This document shows, piece after piece, positions 1 through 8,827 of a stretch of 32,895 nt of DNA. The stretch is from positions 1-32,895 of the forward strand of contig CAOKKL010000003.1 in the NCBI GenBank assembly GCA_948469065.1, written 5' to 3'. The position numbers and the translations under genes are program-made. A model generated the notes under the pieces. That model did not search any database and was not told the origin of the DNA. It was given only the letters and a program-made list of their open reading frames with translations. The stretch comes from an uncultured Mycoplasmatota bacterium (GTDB taxonomy: Bacteria > Bacillota_I > Bacilli_A > RF39 > UBA660). How positions within the stretch are numbered: position 1 is the stretch's first letter; every line of letters begins with the position of its first letter.

Positions 1-80
1 AAGATTAAATGTCTATTTACTACTTGATTTTGTCATTTACTTTTTCATTTAAATTCTTTTTTAAAAATTCTTCTAAATTG

Positions 81-109
81 TTGCAATTATCAATAATATT
101 TGTTAAGAT
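81..109 (+). promoter_or_regulatory. sigmaA-type promoter of tRNA-His
   Basis: TTGCAA (81-86), 17-bp spacer, TGn-TAAGAT extended -10 (104-109), ending 11 nt before the tRNA. Confidence 0.7.
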
Positions 110-120
110 ATTTTTGTTAT

Positions 121-197
121 GGCGGAATTGGTGAAGTGGTTAACACGCCGGATTGTGGCTCCGGTATGCATGGGTTCGATCCCCATATTTCGCCCCA
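121..197 (+). tRNA. tRNA-His (GTG)
   Basis: Cloverleaf folded by hand: 8-bp acceptor GGCGGAAT/ATTTCGCC (G-1:C73, typical of His), anticodon arm CCGGA-TTGTGGC-TCCGG, T-arm ATGGG-TTCGATC-CCCAT, encoded CCA. Confidence 0.98.
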
Positions 198-258
198 TTT
201 TAGATTTAAACGTATCAAACCGTTTAAATATATATTGTTTTTAAGACCTTGCAGGGAA

Positions 259-499
259 TTATAAAAACAATCTGAGGAAAGGAATACTTGGTATTCTTTT
301 TTCTTGGTGTAAATATACATCACAAGTCATTGATACTTTGCTATGTCCCATTACTTCTTGATACATAATCGATTGATACTCCTTTATGTATCAAACGAGT
401 AGCATAACTATGTCGAAATTCATGTTGTGTTATTTCTTGCATATGAACTTTCTCACAAGCTATTTTTTTATGCCTATCTATCGTTGATATATTCTCTAA
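259..499 (-). pseudogene. C-terminal remnant of a tyrosine recombinase/integrase, frameshifted
   Basis: Manual minus-strand translation gives ISTIDRHKKIACEKVHMQEITQHEFRHSYATRLIHKGVSIDYVSRS, then a 1-nt frameshift near 355, then MGHSKVSMTCDVYLHQEK...stop at 259. It contains the HxxRH, (L/M)GH and catalytic Y motifs. Not in the ORF track. Confidence 0.9.
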
Positions 500-500
500 T

Positions 501-944
501 TACCATTCAAAGGAAGAAGATAGAATCATTTATACAGATATTTTATTTTCAGAAAATAGTGCTGTTGATGAAAACGGAAAAGAGAAAAAAGATTTTGTCC
601 CTAAATATCCTAATGAACAGCTACTAATAGAACAATTAGGTGATGTTGAAGAATTGGTAATTGGTGGATATCACTTTTCTGATTGTGTAAAAAGAGTTGG
701 AGAAACGGCTCTGAATATGGGAATAAATACAGTTATTGATTTAGATTTAACTGACCTTTTCTTTAACCTATACAAACAAGAAGAATATTTTGATCTTAAG
801 GAATATAATCCTGAAAAGTTTAAAAGGCAAATGATGAAATACGATTTAAAATATGGTGAGGAAGTTGCATTAGAACAATTTAATTTTGTTTATTCTAGTC
901 CAGTTTATGGTTTTTCTAATGAAGAAAGGAAACATAAAAAATAG
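501..944 (+). pseudogene. 5'-truncated hypothetical gene, possibly isochorismatase/cysteine-hydrolase-like
   Basis: The frame of ORF 654..944 stays open upstream (KEEDRIIYTDILFSENSAVDENGKEKKDFVPKYPNEQLLIEQLGDVEE) back into the integrase remnant, with no convincing start or RBS. LVIGGYHFSDCV...G.NTVIDLDLTD resembles the isochorismatase C-terminal pattern. Confidence 0.5.
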
Positions 945-958
945 AAAGGAATTTTAAA

Positions 959-1444
959 ATGGAACAATATTATTGGAAAAAAGAAGATGTTCCACAGAAT
1001 TTAATTATCAAACAAGTCTATGGAGTCGCATTTTCTAATGACGGCAATATTCTTTTGCGAGTAGAAGATAATAAATATAAATTAACAGGTGGAAAGCCTG
1101 AAAAAAACGATAAAAATTGTGAAGAAACATTAAAAAGAGAATACTTAGAAGAATTAAATGTTACACTTGTAGATGTTTACTATTTAGGATATTTACTTGT
1201 TGAAGATGATAATAATGAAAAATATGCACAAGTTAGAATGGTGGCAAAAATTAAAAATATTGGAGAAATCAAACCAGATTCAGATAATGGAAAAATTTAT
1301 AAAAGATTTATGTCAAATATAGAAAATGTTAAAGATTATTTGAATTATGTTGATTTAGCTGGTAATCAATTAATTGATGATGCTATTACTATGGCAAAAG
1401 AAAAATATGAACTAAATTTTAATAACAAAGAATATTTTATATAA
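959..1444 (+). CDS. NUDIX hydrolase
   Basis: Nudix box GGKPEKNDKNCEETLKREYLEELNV; RBS AGAAAGGA. Confidence 0.9.
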   Translation: MEQYYWKKEDVPQNLIIKQVYGVAFSNDGNILLRVEDNKYKLTGGKPEKNDKNCEETLKREYLEELNVTLVDVYYLGYLLVEDDNNEKYAQVRMVAKIKNIGEIKPDSDNGKIYKRFMSNIENVKDYLNYVDLAGNQLIDDAITMAKEKYELNFNNKEYFI

Positions 1445-1463
1445 ATTATTTAGAATTTAATTG

Positions 1464-1880
1464 GAGTGTGTCCTAAAATCTGTGTAAATGATACTTTCCA
1501 AGATAGAAGCAAGATACTATTTTGCTTCTTTTTATTATCTAAATAATAACATTTCTTTTAAAATTGTTAAAGAACTAAATTCTTCCATCAAACATTATGG
1601 ATAGTTCTGATAATATAGGTCCCCAATTTTGATAAGGAGCAGTCCACTTTTTTGTAATATTTTTAGTAGATAAATATAGACATTTTAATAAGGACATTTC
1701 TGTTGGAAAAACAGATTTCGTTTTTGTATATTTTCTAAATTGTCGGTTTAAAGATTCAATCGTATTTGTAGTATACATTATCTTTCTTATTGGCTCTGAG
1801 AATTGAAAGAATGGACAAATAGCATCCCAGTTTTCTTCCCAGGTCTTGAATGCTCCAATATATTTATCTTTCCATTTTCT
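1464..1880 (-). mobile_element. IS256-family remnant (transposase C-terminus plus one terminal inverted repeat)
   Basis: Minus frame KWKDKYIGAFKTWEENWDAICPFFQFSEPIRKIMYTTNTIESLNRQFRK...FDGRI (stop 1575). The 26-bp end GAGTGTGTCCTAAAATCTGTGTAAAT (1464-1489) resembles the end at 31895-31920. Confidence 0.9.
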
Positions 1881-2042
1881 TCTCTTCTTTCTTTTCTTCT
1901 TTTTATTATAATCTGTCCTTTTCTTTTTTGTCTAATTTATTGTAACCAATCCAATATGTATTTATAATAATATTAATATGATAAAAAAGTGATTAAAAAA
2001 TTGATGATAATAATTTTATTGAAAGCTTGTAGGAGGTTTTAA

Positions 2043-3533
2043 ATGATACAAATATTATTAGATACAAGTATAATTGTATATATGAAAAGCGATAATGCTT
2101 ATAAAGAAAAAATTGAAGAATTATTTAAAATAATAGACAACACTCCTAATTTGTATAAGTACATACATCCAGTAATTAGAAAAGAATTATTACAAAATGT
2201 TGATAATGAAACAAGAAATTTATTATTTGATAGATTGAAATCCTATAATATTTTAGAAAATTACAGAATGATTGATTCTAAATTAAAAGCTATAACAAAT
2301 CCTTTAAATAAAACGGTCAATGATCAATTAGATGATATCATTTTAAATGAACTATATGTTGGTAAAGTAGATTTTTTAATCACTGAAGATAACAAAATAA
2401 AAGAAAAGTCAATCTTATTAGGCATAGGTCAAAAAGTAATGAATATTAATGAATTCATTTTTCTAAATAGAAATGAGAAAGATATAAACTATAATATTAT
2501 GGATATTTATAAAGTTAAGTTTGGAGATTTAAATATAAATGATTCTTTTTTTGATTCGCTAAAAAAAGACTATCCTGAATTTTTAGATTGGTATGAAAGA
2601 AAGGTCAATGAAGATGTATATTGCTATAAAGACCAAGATAAGATATTAGGATTATTAATTCTTAAAAATGAGGAACCTGAATCAGAAGATTATTCTGACA
2701 TTAAACCCATGATGAAACTAAATAGAAAATTAAAAATTTCAACTTTTAAAGTAGATATTAGTGGCAAAAAAATTCGAGAAAGGTTTATGAAAATAATATT
2801 TGATCAAGCATTATTTTCCATGGTAGACGAGATATATTTTACTATATATGATAATAATGATAAAAAGATAAATTTAATAAGATATTTTGAAAAATTTGGT
2901 TTTAATTATTATGGAAAAAAGAATAATGAATTAGTATATATTAGGAGTATGAAAAAGAATTTTGATAATAAAAATCCTTTGATAAATTATCCATACATAA
3001 AAAGAAATAATGATACATTTGTTATTCCAATCAATCCTAATTATTATACATATTTATTTCCTAATTCGATATTATATAGAAAATCATATAAGGATATTCA
3101 TATACCAGTTGAATATACTATAAATAAATATTATATTACAAATGATAAGTGGTTAGAGATTCCAAAAGTTGGAGATAACATTGTCTTTTATCGTAGTCGA
3201 CAAAAAGGTGCTACTGCTAAATATTCAAGTGTATTAACAACTATTGGTGTTGTTACCAATCTATTTATTCCAAAAAATGAACAAGAGTTAATTAATAAAG
3301 TTTCTGGGAGAACAATGTATGATACAAAGGAATTAAGAAAAATATATAGTAAAAACACTTATGTAATTGAATTTGCATATATAACTACTTTAGATAAAAA
3401 ATTAAATTATGATTTTTGTAAAACAAATGGCATATTAGAAGTAATCCCACGAGGAGTTACTAAAATTGATAACACACAATTTCAAAAAATAATTGAATTT
3501 GGTAAAGTTGATTCGACTCTAATTATTAAATAA
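2043..3533 (+). CDS. PIN-GNAT-EVE/PUA(ASCH-like) multidomain protein
   Basis: PIN-like LLDTS, NDQLDDIIL and VDFLITED; GNAT-like NINDSFFDSLKKDYPEFLDW, LKISTFKV and FEKFGF; C-terminal PUA/EVE-like VIPINPNYYTYLFP and GDNIVFYRS; RBS AGGAGG. Confidence 0.8.
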   Translation: MIQILLDTSIIVYMKSDNAYKEKIEELFKIIDNTPNLYKYIHPVIRKELLQNVDNETRNLLFDRLKSYNILENYRMIDSKLKAITNPLNKTVNDQLDDIILNELYVGKVDFLITEDNKIKEKSILLGIGQKVMNINEFIFLNRNEKDINYNIMDIYKVKFGDLNINDSFFDSLKKDYPEFLDWYERKVNEDVYCYKDQDKILGLLILKNEEPESEDYSDIKPMMKLNRKLKISTFKVDISGKKIRERFMKIIFDQALFSMVDEIYFTIYDNNDKKINLIRYFEKFGFNYYGKKNNELVYIRSMKKNFDNKNPLINYPYIKRNNDTFVIPINPNYYTYLFPNSILYRKSYKDIHIPVEYTINKYYITNDKWLEIPKVGDNIVFYRSRQKGATAKYSSVLTTIGVVTNLFIPKNEQELINKVSGRTMYDTKELRKIYSKNTYVIEFAYITTLDKKLNYDFCKTNGILEVIPRGVTKIDNTQFQKIIEFGKVDSTLIIK

Positions 3534-3772
3534 AATTCATTAATTTATTTATTACTTTCAATTTACTAACAAATTCTAAAGATTTAAGTTCCTTTTATTT
3601 AAATTATAAATATAATTTTTTAACTTGCTTGATCATGAATTACTGTAAATGCATTATATCCATTCTTCAGTTTTCCAATAAAACTTAATATTGACTATCA
3701 TTAGATTCATTTTACACACTTAAAATGTAAAAAATTCTTTATTTACAATTATTAAAATGAAAAGTTGTATTT

Positions 3773-4720
3773 TCAATCATTTATTCTCCATTTTGGAGGA
3801 TAAAAATAATCAATTGGTTCTTTTTTGGCAATATATCTTTTTTTTATTTTTTTTCGATTGGATTTTAATTCTGGAAATGCTTCTCTACAGTATTTATCAA
3901 TTTCGCAAAAAAGACCTTGGCAATCAATTAATTGAAGCTTTCTATTACCAATCATTTTAAAATCATATCCTAATCGCTTCAATTCTTCTTGATGATCATA
4001 CATATATTTTATAATTTCTTCATTTGAATAGTCTCCAGTACTAATAAAACATTTTGCAATTCCTCTTTTTGAACCTGGACCTACTACAGTAAATTCATTT
4101 TCTTTAAAATTTACTACATCACTATAATTGATATCTGTAACTAATTGGTAAGCTAAAAAGTTGCCAATTAAAGGATATGATTTTAAAATATCAAATGCTT
4201 CTTTCATATTTTTACAAGCCAATAATCTTTTATCAATTTTATCTTCAAAAAACATTTTTCTTAACAATGCTAAATGATTTTCATGTTTTCGCTCATAACC
4301 AAAGGCTTTATTTGCACAACTTATATAAGCGTCATTATAAATTGCTTTGCCATTTATGATTGCATTTTCTAAAATTTTCGAAAAAATATTAAAATCAAAT
4401 TTAATTAAAGTGATATCTCCAATTTCTTTTTCTAACAATTCCCAAGTAAATTCTTTATTAAATAATTTAAATAAAATAATACGAAAAATTATATCTTCAT
4501 CTTTATATTTTTTCCCATTATAAATAATATTGCGCAGCAAATACTGACTTATTCGATCATTTACTCGATAGGTATTACAAAATTTATATTCTTGTAAAAT
4601 CTTATCATTTGTCCAAGGAGCAGGTTTCTTTTGCTTCTTTTTAAAAAAAATATTTTGTCTTTCAAATGCAAAATACCAATACAAATCATAAATCTTATCT
4701 CTTTTTATCAGTTTATTCAT
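3773..4720 (-). CDS. 5hmdU DNA kinase helical-domain / aGPT-Pplase1 family protein (putative DNA base hypermodification)
   Basis: Signature YWYFAFERQNIF...PWTNDKILQEYKFCNTYRVNDRISQYL, HhH-like LKSYPLIGNFLAYQLVTD, then VGPGSKRGI and IDCQGLFCEIDKY. Confidence 0.85.
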   Translation of the reverse strand: MNKLIKRDKIYDLYWYFAFERQNIFFKKKQKKPAPWTNDKILQEYKFCNTYRVNDRISQYLLRNIIYNGKKYKDEDIIFRIILFKLFNKEFTWELLEKEIGDITLIKFDFNIFSKILENAIINGKAIYNDAYISCANKAFGYERKHENHLALLRKMFFEDKIDKRLLACKNMKEAFDILKSYPLIGNFLAYQLVTDINYSDVVNFKENEFTVVGPGSKRGIAKCFISTGDYSNEEIIKYMYDHQEELKRLGYDFKMIGNRKLQLIDCQGLFCEIDKYCREAFPELKSNRKKIKKRYIAKKEPIDYFYPPKWRIND

Positions 4721-4807
4721 TTAAAGTCTCTTTCTTTTTTTTATTATATCAATTTTTTATCTTATAACGCAAAAGTTAAAGTTATTGTAGACATAAAATA
4801 CAAAATT

Positions 4808-5176
4808 TTACTTTTTTTCTCTTTTTTTAGAATATGCTATTTCTTCTTCTCTTTGTTTTTTTTGAGTTGCTTCTTGATATAATCTATAGAGTAAAGAATT
4901 GTTATCGAATTGATTTACAGATTGGTAAATATCATGTAAATTAGAGCCTGTCAATTTTTCTTTTCTTATTTGATCTCCTCTTCGTGCTATTTCATAGATT
5001 TCCCAAATTGTTGATTTTGGTTTTGCCTCTATACTTTGTTCTTTTTTTTCTTCCATCATAAACTTTTTTTCATTCTCTTTTGAATTTTTTCTTTGTTGAG
5101 AAGAATTTTCCTTGTTTGGAAATCTTGAAACAGGTTTTGTTGTTTCTATATTTGCAACAGAAAATTTTTTTTCCAT
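4808..5176 (-). CDS. Hypothetical charged protein
   Basis: ORF 4808..5218; the likely start is ATG 5176 after GGAGG; no family recognised. Confidence 0.6.
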   Translation of the reverse strand: MEKKFSVANIETTKPVSRFPNKENSSQQRKNSKENEKKFMMEEKKEQSIEAKPKSTIWEIYEIARRGDQIRKEKLTGSNLHDIYQSVNQFDNNSLLYRLYQEATQKKQREEEIAYSKKREKK

Positions 5177-5248
5177 TTTATCCTCCATTTTAATTTGATT
5201 ATAAGAAAGTAAGAGCATTTCGTCAAGGATGTTACGTTTTTTATACTT

Positions 5249-5277
5249 GCATAACTTATTATAATTTTCGCAAACTA
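5249..5277 (+). promoter_or_regulatory. sigmaG-like (forespore) promoter upstream of the ligD-like gene
   Basis: GCATA-N17-CAAACTA, close to the B. subtilis sigmaG consensus. Confidence 0.55.
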
Positions 5278-5294
5278 TCAGTGAGGGATTAAAA

Positions 5295-6710
5295 ATGAAA
5301 GATAAATTACAAAAGTATCAAGAAAAACGAAATTTTAATAAAACAAAGGAACCCTTTGGAAAAGTGGAAAAAAGACAAAAAAAATTACGTTTTGTTGTTC
5401 AACACCATTTAGCAAGACGAGATCATTATGATTTTCGCTTGGAGTGGGATGGCACTTTGAAAAGCTGGGCTGTTCCCAAAGGACCATCTTTTCAAAATAA
5501 GGATAAACGTTTAGCAGTTCATGTTGAAGATCATCCTCTTTCTTATCGCCATTTTGAAGGAACGATTCCCAAAGGAGAATATGGTGGTGGAACTGTAATG
5601 CTATGGGATGAAGGATTTTGGGAACCTATTGAAGATCCAAAAAAGGGATTTCAAAATGGTTCTCTTAAGTTTGTATTAAAAGGAAAAAGATTAAAAGGAT
5701 TATGGACATTAATTTTTTATAAAGAAAATCATTGGTTATTAATAAAAGAAAAAGATGAATATGAAAAAGATATTGACATTTCAAAATGGAATATTAGTAT
5801 TAAAACACAACGTACTATGGAAGAAATTGAAAATGGGTTAAAGAAGAAAAAAACTTCTATAAAAGAATCTATTGTAGAAAATATATTAATTACACATCCA
5901 AAAAAGTTAATTTATAAACGTCCTAAAATTACCAAAATGGATATTGCATTATATTATCAAAAAGTAGCGAAAAGAATGATGCCGTTTCTTGAAAATCGTA
6001 TTGTCAGTACCATTCGTGCTCCAGAAGGAATTGAATCAGAACAGTTTTTCAAAAAGCATTTCGATAATAAAAATCCGGGAATAGGAAAAAAGATAATACC
6101 TAGTGAAAAAGGAAATGCAGAAGATTACTATTATTTTAAAAATATGGAAGGATTACTTTCTGAAGTCCAGCAAAATAGTTTTGAATTTCATGTTTGGGCT
6201 AGTAATATTAAATCTATTAATCATCCCAATATTCTAGTATTCGATTTAGATCCAGATGAAAAGATGAGTTTAAAAAAAGTACGGCAAGGTGTTATGGATT
6301 TAAAAAGTATTTTAGATGAGTTATCGATTACTTCTTTTTTAAAAACAAGTGGTGGAAAAGGTTATCATGTTGTAGTACCAATTTCATCTTTAAAAAATTG
6401 GAAGAGCTTTAAAACATTTGCTCAAAATATTGCGAAATTAATGGAGACGAAATGGCCAGATAAATACACGAGTAATGTACGAAAAGAAAGCCGAAAAAAT
6501 AAAATATTTATCGATTGGATTCGTAATGCCAAAAGTGCTACAAGTGTCGCTCCATATTCTCTTCGTTTACGTTCTGGAGCTCCAGTTTCTATGCCAATTT
6601 CTTGGAATGAGTTAAATAAAGTAAAACCAAATTCTATTAAAATGAAAGATGCTATTCTTAGATTAAAAAGGAAAGATCCTTGGGAAAATTTTTTTAATAT
6701 AGCACAATAA
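5295..6710 (+). CDS. ligD: LigD-like protein: 3'-phosphoesterase plus AEP primase/polymerase domains, no ligase domain
   Basis: PE domain FVVQHHLARRDHYDFRLE, SWAVPKGPS, EDHPLSY, GEYGGGTVMLWD; POL domain THPKK, FDLDP, KTSGGKGYHV, IFIDWIRN, SVAPYSLR; only 471 aa. Confidence 0.9.
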   Translation: MKDKLQKYQEKRNFNKTKEPFGKVEKRQKKLRFVVQHHLARRDHYDFRLEWDGTLKSWAVPKGPSFQNKDKRLAVHVEDHPLSYRHFEGTIPKGEYGGGTVMLWDEGFWEPIEDPKKGFQNGSLKFVLKGKRLKGLWTLIFYKENHWLLIKEKDEYEKDIDISKWNISIKTQRTMEEIENGLKKKKTSIKESIVENILITHPKKLIYKRPKITKMDIALYYQKVAKRMMPFLENRIVSTIRAPEGIESEQFFKKHFDNKNPGIGKKIIPSEKGNAEDYYYFKNMEGLLSEVQQNSFEFHVWASNIKSINHPNILVFDLDPDEKMSLKKVRQGVMDLKSILDELSITSFLKTSGGKGYHVVVPISSLKNWKSFKTFAQNIAKLMETKWPDKYTSNVRKESRKNKIFIDWIRNAKSATSVAPYSLRLRSGAPVSMPISWNELNKVKPNSIKMKDAILRLKRKDPWENFFNIAQ

Positions 6711-6732
6711 AACAGAGATTTTTGTCTCTGTT
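6711..6732. terminator. Bidirectional intrinsic terminator
   Basis: AACAGAGA-N6-TCTCTGTT between convergent genes. Confidence 0.65.
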
Positions 6733-7810
6733 ATTTTATTACATATGAATTTAAATCATTTTTACGATATTCTGGGGATGGTAATTTACTGGTTGAAATA
6801 AATCCACTATCTGCATTTAATACATCTGGAATACGATTTACCACATCTGCACATGTTAATTCTGCTGTTTTTGGTTTTTCAATTACAACTGTCGTATCGG
6901 GTTGTCCATAAATAGTCCATTCATTGCGATCAAATTCATGTTCCGTATAAATTTTGCCAATACATTCTGCTTCAATGGTAATACCTTCTTTTGTTTCTGC
7001 AGTAACTATTGCACTCATACCTCGAACGAATCCTTTTTCGACAATCATATCTAATGTTTCGGAATAAAGATTTTCGTCTGAAATGATCGGGATACATTTT
7101 TGATTAATTTTTTTGATTGTTAATTCTAATTTATCTGCTAACCATCCTACTACATTCCACATATAACTTGCTACAAATTCACGATTGTTGATTAATTCTT
7201 TTCTTTCTTCTTCACTGATATTATCTATGGAAGCTATTTCTTCTTCAAAACGTTTTGTTGTAAATCCTGCTCCGTGTGCATCTGCTAATGCAATTCCATA
7301 ATCTTCTACATTATAACTAGAACTTCCTTTTATTTTTGTAATTTGGTGAGTGGACCCTGCTAAAGTAGTAATTAAATTACCCCAAAAGACATCTTGATAA
7401 CCACAACCAAGTATCGTACAATTGGTTGCTTTTGCTAAGCGATTGATTTCTTCATATAAAGTTGGATTTGAATTTAAAGCAAAAAATGCTTCTTCACAAG
7501 TTGTAATAGTATTAATTCCATTTTTTGCACAAATTCTTAAAATATCTCCAATATCATTCAACACACTCATTGTAGTTAAAATGGCTATATCTGGTTTGGT
7601 TTTATTTAATAAACTTTCTAATTCACTACTTTCTGAAATTGTAATTCCTAAATTTTCTTGGTCAAACAAACTTCCAACGTCTTTTCCAATTAACTCTTGG
7701 TTACAATCTACCGCTCCTACTATCTCGCAATTTTTTTCTGTAGCATATTTTAAAATCAATTTACTCATTTTGCCACAGCCAATTTGAAAAATTCTAATCT
7801 TTCGTTCCAT
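6731..7810 (-). CDS. DapB-like / 2,4-diaminopentanoate dehydrogenase family NAD(P)-dependent oxidoreductase
   Basis: Rossmann QIGCGKM, GINTITTCEE, TILGCGYQD, C-terminal TCADVVNRIPDVLNADSG. Confidence 0.8.
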   Translation of the reverse strand: MERKIRIFQIGCGKMSKLILKYATEKNCEIVGAVDCNQELIGKDVGSLFDQENLGITISESSELESLLNKTKPDIAILTTMSVLNDIGDILRICAKNGINTITTCEEAFFALNSNPTLYEEINRLAKATNCTILGCGYQDVFWGNLITTLAGSTHQITKIKGSSSYNVEDYGIALADAHGAGFTTKRFEEEIASIDNISEEERKELINNREFVASYMWNVVGWLADKLELTIKKINQKCIPIISDENLYSETLDMIVEKGFVRGMSAIVTAETKEGITIEAECIGKIYTEHEFDRNEWTIYGQPDTTVVIEKPKTAELTCADVVNRIPDVLNADSGFISTSKLPSPEYRKNDLNSYVIK

Positions 7811-7824
7811 TTTTATTCCTCTTC

Positions 7825-8754
7825 CTATTCTATTTCCTCTAAATTTACATTTTCATCTATAATTATATCGGAAAACTCTATTTTAAAGCGTTCTATTTCT
7901 TTTTTCTTTACATCCTCATAGACATTTCTGGCATTACAAATTGCCTTATAAATATGTTTTATTTTTACTTCATTTGCATTTTCATAGAGTGCAAATGTAA
8001 AGGCATTTGATAATATTGTTAAACAAATATCAGGATAACGACTAGCCACTTCATAAATTCTTTTATATTCATCCGTCATTTCTACAATAAATGCCATAAT
8101 TTTTTCTTTAATAAAATCGGTATAATTTAGTTTCACTCCAATTTGATTTTCTAACTTTGGATAAGTTCCCATTAGAATTTTAACCGTATTTTCTTTATTG
8201 GTTTCCATCACATCTATTTTTTGGAATCTTCTTAAAAAAGCTCTGTCTCGTAAAATATATGTTTCGTATTCTTCTGTGGTTGTAGCACCAATCATTTTAA
8301 TGGTACCCCGATCAAGCCCAGCTTTCAACATATTGGCAAAGTCAATTCCACTATTTTCGGTAGTATTTTTATTTACTAAAACATGTGTCTCATCAATAAA
8401 TAGAATTGTTTTACTAGTCGTTGCTAATTCTTTTACTAACAAGTCAATACGATTTTCAATTTGTCCGTTATTATTAGTTGTTCCAAGTAAGCTAGTAATA
8501 TTAATTTTTATAATTTTCCAATCTAATAATACGTTAGGAACTAAAGATTTTTGAATGCGATATGCAAGACCTTCTACTATTGCAGTTTTACCGATTCCAG
8601 GTTTTCCTACTAAAAGTGCACTTTTTTCTGGTGTTAATAAAGTTAAAATACATTGCTTTATTTCATCATCTCTAGCTATCGCTGGATCTGTTATATAAGT
8701 TTTATCAGTTAAATTTTCACCATAACGTTCTAACATACTAATTTTTTCTTCCAT
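7825..8754 (-). CDS. Stand-alone ClpA/B NBD1-like AAA+ ATPase
   Basis: [19 protein letters not shown], Walker A GKPGIGKT, Walker [23 protein letters not shown]; no N-domain and no NBD2. Confidence 0.88.
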   Translation of the reverse strand: MEEKISMLERYGENLTDKTYITDPAIARDDEIKQCILTLLTPEKSALLVGKPGIGKTAIVEGLAYRIQKSLVPNVLLDWKIIKINITSLLGTTNNNGQIENRIDLLVKELATTSKTILFIDETHVLVNKNTTENSGIDFANMLKAGLDRGTIKMIGATTTEEYETYILRDRAFLRRFQKIDVMETNKENTVKILMGTYPKLENQIGVKLNYTDFIKEKIMAFIVEMTDEYKRIYEVASRYPDICLTILSNAFTFALYENANEVKIKHIYKAICNARNVYEDVKKKEIERFKIEFSDIIIDENVNLEEIE

Positions 8755-8827
8755 ACTTTTTACCCTCTTTTATATTTTAACACAAATGAGAGAAGATTAC
8801 ACATTAGATTTTCATACAAAAAAAGGA

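Noticed and set aside
117-323. 68-aa minus-strand ORF
   Set aside because: Antisense to tRNA-His and out of frame with the integrase remnant; spurious.
427-627. 66-aa plus-strand ORF
   Set aside because: Overlaps the integrase remnant and the better frame that continues into 654..944.
3708-3735. TTTACACA motif as a second IS256 end making PIN-GNAT-EVE a transposon cargo
   Set aside because: Only 8 bases match the 26-bp end, which is expected by chance in AT-rich DNA.
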